The notes beneath the pieces were generated by a model. That model searched no databases. It saw nothing but the letters and a program-made list of their open reading frames with translations, and was not told the DNA's origin. From positions 41,480,001 through 41,544,000 of the forward strand of contig CM052818.1 in the NCBI GenBank assembly GCA_028534125.1: DNA of 64,000 nucleotides. The letters are read 5' to 3'. Within the stretch, counting starts at the first letter, position 1. The number at the start of each line of letters is the position of its first letter. The translations under genes were made by a program, and so were the position numbers. This DNA is from Lama glama (taxonomy: Eukaryota). Of this stretch, positions 1 to 12,874 are shown one piece after another.

Positions 1-197
1 TTTTTTTTTTTTCCAATTTGTACTCTCAACACTTATTGCAGTTTCCAGCGAACACTGAATTGTGTGGCGTGTAGAGCTCCAGAGAGAGGATGGGAAGCAA
101 GTAACTGCAGGAAAGGGCCACCAAGAAGCCATGCTCGTCTAGCTGATGCTTCCCTGGTGTTTGAGAAGGACAACAGCAGGGTCAAAGAGGGTAGAAG

Positions 198-199
<2 letters not shown>

Positions 200-239
<40 letters not shown>
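200..239. repeat. (GT)20 microsatellite
   Basis: Direct inspection. Confidence 0.95.
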
Positions 240-242
<3 letters not shown>

Positions 243-2599
243 TGTGTGCACAGGTGGCTTTTGTTCTGAATGGAGGACATAGAATTGTTGGCACAGAGAG
301 GGGAGGAAGCCATGGGTGACCAAAACCCAGACCAAAGAGTGGATCATTCAACATGAGATCTGACATGACCAGAGAACACTAACCCGATTCCCTAGTCAAG
401 TGCCCATGATCTTAAGCACCACTGTGTGGCAACAGCCGGGAGTCAAGAGTTCTTCTAACTCACTCCTTGGGTGGCCTAAGGAAAGTTACCTCTAACGTAG
501 GATAACATTTACATGTCCAAGAGGGCAGAGAACAGTCAAGGCGGTTAGCTGGACTGGGGAGGACCCCCAGATGCCCACAGATTGTCGAGTATTTCATGTC
601 AGTTTCTGGGGATTTAGAGGCATATCAAGGTTTGCTTGTTTGGGCATTGCTTCATATCAACATTGCCAAGGGAGAGGTTAAAAACTGCCAGAAAACCAAA
701 AAGGATTGTTGGGCTGGTGACATGGAATGCCCAGAAGATAGGAAGTTTTTCCAAAAGAAAGACTGTGAAATACACATGGAGGTGAGGAATGGAATACAGT
801 TATCCACGTGAGATTAGTAAAATGGGACCAAGGCATTATAGAGAAGGCAGTCCTGCTCCATAATTTAAAAGCACAAGAGATCCAACAATGAACCCCAGGA
901 GAGCACTTGACTTAGGAGACGAGCAAGGGCACTAAGGAGATTTTACCAATGGGGAGAGGAGAGTGGAAGGAACTTGATAAGAACAGAAATGCTTCATATA
1001 TCATGTCCTTTTTGCAGAATAATTTCAACATTAAATGGATTTCCAAGATACTAAAAATAATTGAATTTATATAAGAAAATATTTAGTCTGAAAAGGCACC
1101 GGTTCTCAGTCATCTTTGAAATCCTTGTGTATTCTGAGGCGGTTCCACTAACAGTTTTCTTGGGATGAAGCAGCTATCTGTTCACCAACTCTCAAAAGCT
1201 CAAGGGGCGTCTGTTTTGCACATGTAACCACCTTTCTCAGGACATAAATGAACCACAAATATCAAGGCCAGAATAGACCTGAGACCACCTATGGCCCAAA
1301 TAAGGGAAAGAAAGTCAACCCAGGACATCCTTAATTTGGACACGGGCAAATGTAATTCCTGAACAGAACGTCTAAAAGAGAATTGCATTGCATTTTCATT
1401 TGCCTGTAGAGTGAGGGGACATCCAGTATTGAAATCTGCTCTCTCATTTCTAGCTGTCTGTGAGATCTGACCTGGGGTTGGTAAACCTGGTCAATAGGAG
1501 GGATCTGTTTGTCACGTATCTCCTGCACAGAGAGATCTCAGGCTCTCTTTAAGGCAGTGGATGCCCTAACCCTTTAAGAGACCGGTATTCCATCATTTTC
1601 CACTTAAAGAGACTTTGGGATACCCTCTCACAACCCTGCCTTCCCATTGGACCCCCTTCTCCTTCCTCCTCTGAGGTCATCCTAGAAGATGGATTTCACA
1701 CTGACAAGCACTGTGACCACAGAACGGAAGCTGTCTCTGCCGGAGATCTCAGTGTGGAGAGAGTTGGCCCTCGGGCCCACACTCAACATTTCTTGACTTC
1801 AGTTTTGCAGGTTCCTAATCTCTTCCTCAAGCTTCTAAGAGTCCTGGGCTCTAACCGCCGCCCTGGCATGCACTTACAGTGAGGGATCCTGGGCTGTTTC
1901 TCTCTCTTGGCCGTGATTTCTCCATCTGAGTTTGAAGGAATCTTATTTGACGCTGTATTTGAAAGCAGCAAGCCAAGTTCAAGTGCAAGGATTTAATATT
2001 GCGGTGGTGATTTTCCAACCACAGGGAAAAAGGTTTTGTATGTTTGTTTTTGCTGAAATGTCGACAGCCCGTGTCCACTGAGACACTGGTCCCCAAGAGA
2101 CTCTTCCCGTCCCCACTGGGTTGAGGCTTACATCCTAACTCCTGCAAGAGAGTGCTGCAAGGCTCTTCAGAATAAAGATTTATTTATACTTCACTTAAAA
2201 TGAATCTCATCCTTGTCACCCACATAAAATATTACATCTCGGGTCATCACCAAGAGGAAATTCCAAGTCTGCCAAAGGCCTTCCTGCTCATGACACAGGC
2301 GCTTAAGGCTCCAAACAGGCCTTGGCGCCTGCCTCATTTTCCAGCCTCACCTCCCCCAGCTCCCCCCACAGGCTCCCCTTGCTTCAGACACATGAGGACT
2401 TGTAGTTTTCCACTGTCCTGTGTCTGAGTGGCCTCTGAGCTTGCACACAGCAGTGTCTACTTCATCTGAAGATCTTCCACTCATCCTTCAAAAACAGCAT
2501 CCCATTCCTCAAGAAACCTGCCTACCACCCTGCTGCTTTAAAAGAGAGGTCCCATCATTTTCTCCCTTGGCACTCTCAACACTCATCTTTCTCCCATTC

Positions 2600-4560
2600 T
2601 TCTTCTTATTTTTAAAACCTTTTAAAAACTTACAGATGAGTGTACATAATAGTCACATATCCTTTAAAGAATAGCAAGAAAATAAACACCAATCATCTGG
2701 CTTGATTACTAACTCTTTGGAAAACATTTGTGTGCCTTTTCCCAATTCCATTTCCTTCCATTCCCCCTAGAGGTCACCACTTTCCTGAATTTTTAAATTC
2801 TATTCTTTATTTCTATAGAATTTGACCATTTTTATATGTACGCTTAAATGAGATATTACATAATTTTGCCTGTATTTGAATGTTTTAGATATATAAAATA
2901 TCAAATAACTTATATTCTTCTGACTTGCTTTTCTTTCACAAAACATAATTTTGAGATTCACCCATGTCAATACATATGCTAGAGTCCGTTAGCTCTTTCA
3001 GGGCTGTATAGTATTCCATTATATAAATCATCACAATATATGCATGCATCTATTCTCCTGATGATAGATTTTTTAAAAATTTTGTAAGAAATGCTCATAG
3101 ATGTTTTTGAACATTTTCTCTGATACAGACTGCAAGTGTCTATAAAATATATACTTGGAAATGGCAGTCTTGTCTCAAAGAATATGCACATTTCAATCCA
3201 CTGGGTAATGCAAAGTTATTTGCAAAAGTGATTACACCAATATATCCTTCCTTCAGTTCCATTTGTAAAAAAACTCAGGGTTTTTTAGTTTTTTGCTTTT
3301 TCCTTTTTCTTAATCTTTTTTGACTTCTTTCAGATTAATTTATATCCCTCCCTCATTCTTCAGTTTTCTTCAACTAGTGTGGAAGTTATACATACTTTTA
3401 CATAGTTATCTATGATCCATATTCAACTTAAATTCTACTTAGTCCATATCTTTAACTTCTTCCCAATAATACAAGAATTTCATAACATCAACTCTGAGCA
3501 TCCCAATTCTAAATAATATGCTATTGTTGTCCTGAATTTTAGGTCTTTCTTGTTTATTGAGCTGTGCAAAGTATACATGTGGCAATAGTTTAATACAGTC
3601 CATTTTTACATTTACCCATGTGTGTAACATTTCCTTTGTTTATTACTCCACGTTTATTCTCCAGCTTTCCTTTTGGAATCATTGTACTTCTTCCTGAAGA
3701 ACTGGGTGTAGAATTCCAGACTGACAGTTGTCTTTTTTTTATACAGCTTTGATGATACTCTTCTGACTTTCATCATTACTACTGAAAAGTCAGACTTAGA
3801 CTAAATGAGTTCCTTTTTAAGTATTCTGGCTTTTCCTCATGCCTCTCTCCAAGATGGCTTCTTTGCCTTTGTTTTTTGAACAGTATCTCTGGGTGTGAAA
3901 CTGCTCTCATTTATATTACTTGGGATTCATTAGACTTCTTGAATCTGAGAATTGTTGCTTCTCATAGTTATGGAAAATTCTTAGCCATTTTTCCCTTTAA
4001 ACATTGCTTCTGTCTTCATCTTTCTCCCTTCTTTTTCGGGGAGTCTAATTGGATATATGTTACATCTTCTCATTCTACTGTGCTTATCTCTTAGCTCTTC
4101 TTGTGTTTTTCCTGTTATTCATCTCTTTGGGCTGTGTTCTGGATAATTTCAGATAAATCTTTCAGTTCACAGATTTTTCAGTTCAATCTGCAGATAAATT
4201 TATCTTAATATATTTATGAATTTAAAAATTTATAAAATTTTTACTTTAATATGCATATTTTCATTTCATTTTAGCTCTAGATATTATATGTATTTCTTTT
4301 TTTCTATTTCATATCTGCCTGACCAGTTTTGATAATATCTTATTTTTTCATTATACTTTTAATTCCCCTTTTATTTTAAAAATAATTCAAGATATTTGTT
4401 TCATATTCTCTTCCCCATAATTGAACTATTTACAGCCTTTGCTGGTCTAATTCTGTATTATTTATGCCAACTCTAATGGTGGCATTTTTCCTTGTAGTGA
4501 GTTTTGATTGTGGACTGATGTTCTTCAGATCTTTACAGGCGAATTTTTTGAGGCTTTGGT
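2600..4560 (-). mobile_element. Ancient degenerate L1 (L1M/HAL1-like) fragments
   Basis: T-rich antisense L1 motifs (ttgagattcacccatgt, tagtattccatt, ggaaaattcttagccatt). Boundaries approximate. Confidence 0.65.
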
Positions 4561-5055
4561 TGAAAATAAACTTATTCAGAGAAACAAGATTTGCCCTTTA
4601 TTTCTTCAGAGAATAGCAATCTACATCATTAAAAGATAAAGCCAAATCTGTTTTAAGATCTTCATTAGAATCAAAGAAGACATGGCTTCTGTGAAAATGG
4701 ACCTGAACGTCATAAGGGGAAATTAGACTGATGGAAATGGAGATAGAAGAAAAAAAGGCAACTTTGTATAAAAAATGAAAAATATGATTGTTATGGCCAG
4801 AAAATAAACTAAGAGCCTACAGATAATTGATGGTCCTAGGGGAGAGACAGAAACAAGGAAAGAAGAAAGTTATCAAATAATACTGAAAATAATAATCATC
4901 ATATGAAATAATTACAGCTAATAGCTATTAACTTTGCCTCAAACTATGTGCTCTGTATTCTATTCGGATTATTAAATTTAATACACGCAATGGAAAAAAT
5001 AAACTTCACAAGAACCATAACAAAAGATAAAGCCTAGAGGGTTTTTTTTTTCTTT

Positions 5056-5234
5056 ACAGAGATAACTATATTCAATATCTTATAGTAACCTATAATGAAA
5101 AGAATATGAAAAGGTATATATACATGTATATATGTGTATGACTGAAATATTATGCTGTACACCAGAAATTGATGCAACATTGTAAACTGACTATACTTCA
5201 ATAAATATATATATATACCAAAAAAAAAAAAAAA
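5056..5234 (+). mobile_element. 5'-truncated L1 3' end with poly(A) tail
   Basis: aactatattcaatatcttatagtaacctataatgaaaaga...tatgctgtacaccagaaattga...tacttcaataaa followed by an A-run. Typical laurasiatherian L1 3'UTR. Confidence 0.85.
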
Positions 5235-6165
5235 GAAAACTAGTGGAAAACAAAAAACAGCCTGTCGGACACCAAAAAAAACACCCCAAAACCCACAGGA
5301 GGGCTAGCCCAACTTTAGGTAAGAGATGACATTCTTTAGTTTTTCTCTCTCTTTCTCTTTCCTTCCTTCCCTCCTGTCTTTCCTGTTTTGTCAGAACATA
5401 GCCTCGCTGTACACCTTTGCAGGGTGGACTTTATCTCCTTCCTCTCTTTCTCAAAATGTTCCTCCGCCAAGAGGTCTGGATTTTGTGGGTATCTCTGATG
5501 TAGTCAGCCCTGCTGAGAGCCCGGATTTCCCTCCTATGTGGTGTAACCCACGCTTGCTCATTAAAACCTGAGTTCCAGAAATCAGCGTCCATCCCCGAGC
5601 ATCTGGCTCCTGTCCCGGTTTAGCCTGTGGATTCATGCGTGTTTCCTCGTCGTCTCTGGCTCCTGAAGAGCTGCCTTTTCTTCTACCTCAGCGATGCATC
5701 AGAATAACTTTTTAAATATTTTAACTGCTTTATTGAAGATTAAAAAAATAAATATCTAGTCTATATTATTGAGAAATAGAATCCTCGCCCTGAAAATTCT
5801 TCAGTCTTGACACTTACGACAATTGTCATGGTTGGTTTGTCTGATCTTTCCTGAGAGCTTCTTACAGGCAAGAACTGTGATCGCTTTACTTTAATTCCAG
5901 TGCCTGACACCAAGTGGGAACTCAGTCAGAGTTGGCTGGATGAATGAAACAGCACAGTGTAAAACGAATGATGAAATAACTGGAGGGTTCCCACACCAAG
6001 TGGAATGAGCTTATTAAACTTGGTTACCTTGATATTCCAGGTTGATTGGCTATAAATTGGATGTTTAAAACAATCATAGTCATCTCAGAAATTCTGAGCC
6101 AGTAGCAGATTCACAGGGTCTGAGACTGGGCTAAGAGTTAATGAGCTTGGATGTGGACCTCTCAG

Positions 6166-6293
6166 GGACTGTGGCAGGAAGTGTGGGCAGGGCTGAGCCC
6201 GGAGGCTGCAAGGTGGAGAGGCAAGGAGGGTCTGCCAGGCAGGTGCTGAGTGGCTCTCACAGGGGCTGGAAGCCTCCAGGAGACAGCACGGAG
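6166..6293 (+). other. Candidate upstream non-coding (5'UTR or first) exon of CYRIA
   Basis: Consensus donor GAG|gtaagt after 6293 and possible acceptors ctctcag (6165) or cacag (6116), in a purine/GC-rich non-repeat body. The ATG exon has an acceptor, so upstream exons must exist, but this assignment is unverified. Confidence 0.3.
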
Positions 6294-9200
6294 GTAAGTC
6301 CAAGCAAGAGGAGCCCTTGTGGCTCCTGCCCGCACCATCAGCATCGTCCGGAGGTGACAATGGGACTCTTCTGCGGCCGGTGACCTCCTCTTCTGCACAG
6401 TCCCATCAGAAGACTCCGCGCTGGCAGACAGTGCTGTTTCATCCATAGTGGAGCCATTGTGGCCAAGATTAATCCAAGAACTAGTGTATACAAAAGGATC
6501 CCAGTGTAACACAGAGCGAGCCCCCTCCATCTGACGCCACAATCAAAATAATCAGAAATAGCCCTCTATACACTATGGCTGCCCCTGCCCTCGACCAAAG
6601 AGTTCCAAATAGCTTAAAACTTCAAAGAGGGACGGATATTTGCAGGTCCTTCCTTTATTTCTGTTGCATGGCTGGATGGTTAGGGACTGAAGCCACATCT
6701 CAGCCCTGTCTCTGCTGGGTTTCCTTCTTCCGAACCAGTCACTCGCTGACTGGGGACCGCAGTTTCCTCATCTGTACGATGGGGACGGCATAGAATGCTT
6801 TTCAAGGGCCTCACTAGCTTCCTGAGCCCAGAGTTCAGTGACTGAGAATTTTTTACTTCTTGATTTTTATTATAGGTCACAATTTATCGTCTACTTTGGA
6901 AACTGACAGAATAACTTGCAATAAGGGCTCCAGAATCCCCAGTCCCCCGGTCAAAATAATGTGAGTGCAACTTCAGAGTCTGTTATCAGACGGTTTACCT
7001 GTGGACATGAAGAGAGATTTCATTCTCGATGGTTAGGGCTCCAGGAGCCAGACACTGGGAAACACACATCAAAATGAAACGGTAGCGCCGGTACCCATTC
7101 TTCCTGCAGGTTTATCAGGTTCGCCTCGTGCCTTCCATTGTGAGGGTTGCCTCAGGAATCATGCATTCTTTTTGGAGACCCAGCCAGAAATCACTCTTCC
7201 ATGTAACCTCTACATAATCACAATATAGAACCATTTCATTGATTCTGCGACCCAGGAAGGGACGAGACCTGGGCACCTGTTACACTTAAATTTCCCCCAA
7301 TATTTCCGATTGTCCTTAGTTCCCTTCCCTCAGCTCTTAAAAATAGTTTTAGGGTCACACAGATTAATGTCCTAGAACTCAATGTCCCCATTCTCTCACA
7401 CTGACAGCTTCCTCCCCTTCCCTCCCCAACCCCAGATAGCCCAGTTTTTTTTTTGTTTTTTTGTTTTTTTGTTTTTTTGTTTTTTTTTGCAAACACATCT
7501 TTGATGAGCACACACCTAGGTGCTCAGATGGGCACCAGGCAAATGGAGCTACAAGAACAGGGCCTCAAGGACCTCTTGGGGATGGGAAGACGGGCTGCTT
7601 TGTGACTTTCAAAGCCCCAGGCACTTCTGCCTTCATAGGTCCCTTCCCCTGTTAATGTTTTTACATTTAATCTATATTTTATGACTGCAAGGGTATAAAG
7701 ATGAACACAGTCTGGGCTGAATTCATGCCTGCTTGTTCATCATTACCATGTTCAGTTTTTCTTCTGATTTTAAAGGAAATTAAAACATTATCATCTACCC
7801 CTGAAAATACCAGGCCTTGCTCCTCATGGGAAGGTGAGCCCCGGGCACGGGGAGCAGGGTTTATGAACAGATGGCGGTAAGTTACCTGGCAAGGGCAGGG
7901 CCACGGGAAGCCCACTGGGCTTTGGGACCTCGGGGCAGGGTCTTCTAATTCAACAAGGCGTGGGCCCTGCCCAGGATGGGACAGTTCAACAGGAAGCTTC
8001 TGCCAAATGTTGAGGTTGAGCAAGGAAAGAGAGACGGGAAGGTCTTCAGGGAGTAGCAGACGAAGTATGACCTGAAGACATAAGAAATGGGAATGTGTGT
8101 TCAGGGGGCTGGAAGCTGTGGGAGCAGACGGTACCAAATGGGCAGTGGGAGATGGGGCTGGTGAGGTCGAGCAGTTCAGACAGTGAGGAATCTCATGGGT
8201 CCGTTTAGCAGCATGAACCTTGTCCTGGATGGACAGTCAGAGCTACAGAGAGACTTCAGAAAGACAATAGTGTGATCAGATTTCCGACTGCAAAGATTTG
8301 GGAATCCACATATAAAAGGAACTCAGGTAGGAAGTTAGGGCTGTGTGCATGTGTGTGTGCACGCCTATGCACACTCATTTCAGGAGAAGCTAGAGCACAG
8401 ATTCTGCTCCACTGGGGCCTCTCTGAAGGCGAGTAGACTTTCTCGAACATTCCATGGGTCTGAAAGGCACAGCCTCTGACAAAGTCAGTTTTAGGAGCAG
8501 AGGCTACACAGAACAGTCTCTGAAAACTCTTGTGAAAAAGACACAAAGTTAAAACATTTTTGTCCTGTGATATCATACGTGACAATGTTCGGTACTGTTC
8601 TCGACAGAGACAGAGACAGAGCAGTCCCACACAGAAGCCCTCATCTCTCCCGCCCTAATGACTAGTGCGTGCTTCCTGGGGCTGGTGCTGCTCCCCTCCA
8701 CCCCTCCGAGCCTTCGTGCAAACCGGTTCCTTCACCCCACACACCTTCCCCTTCTTGGCTTGTTTGCTGAACCCCTGCTGTCTTTAAGATGCAGTTCAAG
8801 TGCCTCTTGTGAAGGCTTCCTGCTCCCACCACTGCCCCACACAGTTAATCCCTGTCTCCTTTGAGCTGGGACAAGGCACAGTCTCCCCCAACAGAGCAGC
8901 CTCGCTGGGTATCCCACGTGCGAGCATGGCCAGGGGGCCACCCGAAGGGCAGGTCCTCGTGGGCAGGGACTGTATTTAAGTGTCTCTCCAGGGTCTAGGC
9001 GATTGCCCAGCACACAGGAGCTGGGCTAATCTTAGATCAACAGACCTAATCCTGAAACGTGGAAGCTCTCCTCACTTTACTAAGGTGGAATCACGATCCC
9101 TGATTTTAAGCAAAGTGCCCCAAATCTGAAAGGCAACCATGAAACAGGTTTTTTGAACTTAAAGCCAAAGTCCTGAGATTTCTTCTCCAGAACGGTCTAG

Positions 9201-11839
9201 GGTTTCACCCCTCACGTTCACAGCATTATCTCACTTCTTCAGAGGTTGGAAGTCTCAGACTGTAGGGGCCAGAGTCACCACTATGGGTTGATTGATTTAT
9301 TTACTTTCTGTCTAAATAGTTTCGGGGTCCCAGTTCTTGTTAGCACATTCTAACAGAGGAGCTTTTACAATGGGACAAAATGGAATCACACACGTGTTTA
9401 GTTGAGTTCAGTTTTCTGGCTCGAATTTCTCTGCTTTACACAGAGGAAGGCATTTAGGAAGAGGCTGAAAGTGTGTGTTTCACAGGATGAATCTGGAGGG
9501 TGATGTGTCCGGGTCCTCAGAAGAAATAAAGATGATGGAGGATGCTCTGGGCCCCTCAAGATTCAGGCTTTTCTGTTTGCTGAGGAAGAGAAAGAATGCA
9601 GATGGTGGGCTGCTGTCCCAGAGGCCCGGAGCTCCCCTCGGCTGGCGGTGTCCCCGGACCTGGGACAGGAAGACCCAGGCTGCACTCGGAGTGAGGACCG
9701 GTTACTGTGTGTGTGCCCTGCACCAGGCATTATGTGAGGACTTCGCAGACGCGATCTCTCTCATTCAGTCCGCACAGTCCGTTCATCCTGGAAGTGTTTA
9801 CTGAACTGGCTCCAGGTACCATAACAGGCACTGGAGGCACGGGGACCATCGAAATGGTTAAAACAATGAAGCTCCAGTTCCCCATCGTGTCTACATTATG
9901 TTTGAGAAGGTACACAGACAATAATGAAGCATATAGACAAGCAAAACTGAGCCTCGATCAGCAAGCTAACAGGGCAAGGAGAAGGAGCGTAATAGCAGGC
10001 GGGTGGCATTTTATGTAAAATTATGAAAGAAGGCCTCTGAGAGACGGCCTTCGGCAGAGAACTGAGTGAGGCGGAACGGGGAACAGCCAGTGTGAAGACC
10101 TTGAGTTGGCGCTGTGTCTTGTAAGTCTGAAAAATAATAATCATCCTGCGAAGTAGTTCGTGTTGCTCCCAGGGCACAGAGGAGCAGTCACAGGCACTGT
10201 CCGGCAAGAGGCGTGTCCAAGGTCACAGTTCTGGTGGGCGGTAGAGCTGGCACTTGAACCCAAGTCTCTCTGATTCCACAGCCTTCGTTCTTTCCATCCC
10301 ATGGCCATGTTTCAAGGCAGTTCTTAGCGGCTGAAGAAAGAGAGCTGGATGACCCCTGAGCTTATCACTCTTCCTCCCTCCTCCAGGGATGTTTCCTGCA
10401 TCTGGAGATCAAGCAGCGTCTATGGTACCATGACTACCGCCACCGTGTGCCCGCCTGTGCTGGGCAGAGAGGGAAACCCAGCATCCGAGCTCCTGCAGGA
10501 GACAGCCGAGGGGGCGCCACGGAAGCCAAGCCCGGGGACGGTCACAGAAGCAGAGCTCTCCCTCAGCGTGGGGAGCCTGGGAAGGAGGCTGGGATGCAGG
10601 CTGGGCTCAGGGGGCGAGCAGAGCAGAGCAGCTTCTGTGCTGGTGCTTGTTCAGCTTTCCTGCTACCCTCACCCGGGGAGGTGATGTCATTTGCTGATCA
10701 TTCTTCCTCTTCCTCCCTCTCTTCCTGGTGGACAGAACGGTGTCTGGTCCCCTGACTCGACCTCGGTCACATGGCGTGCACCAGTTAATAGAAGTGGGTG
10801 GGAGCAACAGGTGCCTGATTGGATCTGAAGTTTTAAGAGTCATGGCCAGGCTCCACCAGTGTCTTCCATCCTTCTACTTCACCTCAGTAGCTACTGATCC
10901 CAGAATGAGCAGACGTGCAGGCTGGACCTTAATCCATCATCTAGGGCCGAGCTCAGCCAATCCCAGCGAACCGAACCAAACCCAGCAGGTGCTGACAGTG
11001 TGACAGCTGACCTGTCCACCTCTGAATGTGACATAGCTATGTGTTTTAATAAGATGACTGGGGTTGTGTGACCCAAACATAGGTGAACCCAGGGAAGCCC
11101 CTTACATGCCTTGAGGGGGTGGGGTACATGACGGAAACCAGCTTGAAAATAGATCAGCTGCTCAGGTTCAAAGACTCCATTGTTCAAGATCCTGCTTCTG
11201 ACTTTAAGGGACCCCAAAGGATCACGTACCAACAGATGGCACGTAGCACAGTGCATGAGGCATAAAAAAACTTGGCTCTGGTATCCTAATAACTCTGCCC
11301 CTCACAGTGGTAGCCTTTATCTGTGCTCCACGGACTCCTGGAGGGTTAGATGTGGTGAGTGGAGGCAGGGACACCGGGGAGGCTGACCCCAGTCCTCTAC
11401 CTTAATCGGTTGTATACCACCAGAATCCTGGTTTTGTTTGAAGTTGGAATTCACTGCTGAAAAACAGTGGGGTTCAGTGAAGTTCAGGAAAAGCCCAAAC
11501 TTTACACTTGGGTATTTAAGGGCCTCCAACATCTCTCCCTACCCTTTGGTCGGATGGCAAATCCCATTTCTCCCCCAGCTCCAGCCTCTGCTCCCAGTGG
11601 TCTGGGCACCCCGAGTACTTTTCCCGCTCACGCGCACATCTCCCAGCTCCCCACACCTCTTTTCTTTCTCTCTCCAGCGCTCACGTCCTCCCTCTCTGCC
11701 AAAGGCGCAGTCTATCCTCAGGCCCCAGTGTCAGCAACAGAGAGTTCTCGGGAAGCACCTAGGTCAGCTTCTCTAACTTGCAGTGTTGTGACATCGATGT
11801 GCAAATTCCACCATCTACTGAATATTTACTAAAGACACG

Positions 11840-12030
11840 CATGCTAAGCATTTTACATGAATTAGTTAAGTGACTCTCTCAATAGTTTGAACCTCAAAGT
11901 ATCATCCTTTCCATTTCACAGGTGAAGAAGTGGAAACCCAGAGAGGTTATGTAACTTGCTCAAGGTCACACAGCTAGTTAGTACATTACTAGTTTCTGAA
12001 TGGACACAGGTTCCAGAGTCTGTCTTTTAA
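11840..12030 (-). mobile_element. MIR SINE
   Basis: Core-like ccatttcacaggtgaagaagtggaaacccagagaggttatgtaacttgctcaaggtcacacagctagt. Confidence 0.8.
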
Positions 12031-12053
12031 CACTTTCAAAAGACTGCATCCTT

Positions 12054-12374
12054 GAAAATACTTGCAAACGATGCAACTGACAAGGCCTTAATTACAAGAA
12101 CACATGAACAACTCATACAACTCAATAACAAAAAATCAAACAACCCAACCAAAAAATGGGCAGAAGCTCTAAACAATGAAGACATACAGATGGCCAAGAG
12201 GCACATATAAAGATGCTCAATACCACTATTAGAGAAGTGCAAATCAAAACTGCAGTGAAGTATCTCGCACCAGCCAGAATGGCCATCGTTAAAAAGTCCA
12301 CAAATGATGAGTGCCGGAGAGGGTGTGGAGAAAAGGGAGCCCTCCTACGCTGTTGGTGGGAATGCAGTTTGGTG
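12054..12374 (+). mobile_element. L1 ORF2 C-terminal fragment running into the assembly gap
   Basis: Translation [29 protein letters not shown]...[13 protein letters not shown] matches the L1 ORF2 Cys-rich C-terminus. Similar to 21175-21530. Confidence 0.92.
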
Positions 12375-12874
12375 NNNNNNNNNNNNNNNNNNNNNNNNNN
12401 NNNNNNNNNNNNNNNNNNNNNNNNNNNNNNNNNNNNNNNNNNNNNNNNNNNNNNNNNNNNNNNNNNNNNNNNNNNNNNNNNNNNNNNNNNNNNNNNNNNN
12501 NNNNNNNNNNNNNNNNNNNNNNNNNNNNNNNNNNNNNNNNNNNNNNNNNNNNNNNNNNNNNNNNNNNNNNNNNNNNNNNNNNNNNNNNNNNNNNNNNNNN
12601 NNNNNNNNNNNNNNNNNNNNNNNNNNNNNNNNNNNNNNNNNNNNNNNNNNNNNNNNNNNNNNNNNNNNNNNNNNNNNNNNNNNNNNNNNNNNNNNNNNNN
12701 NNNNNNNNNNNNNNNNNNNNNNNNNNNNNNNNNNNNNNNNNNNNNNNNNNNNNNNNNNNNNNNNNNNNNNNNNNNNNNNNNNNNNNNNNNNNNNNNNNNN
12801 NNNNNNNNNNNNNNNNNNNNNNNNNNNNNNNNNNNNNNNNNNNNNNNNNNNNNNNNNNNNNNNNNNNNNNNNNN
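12375..12874. other. Assembly gap (500 N)
   Basis: Run of N. The round length suggests a placeholder size. Confidence 0.99.
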
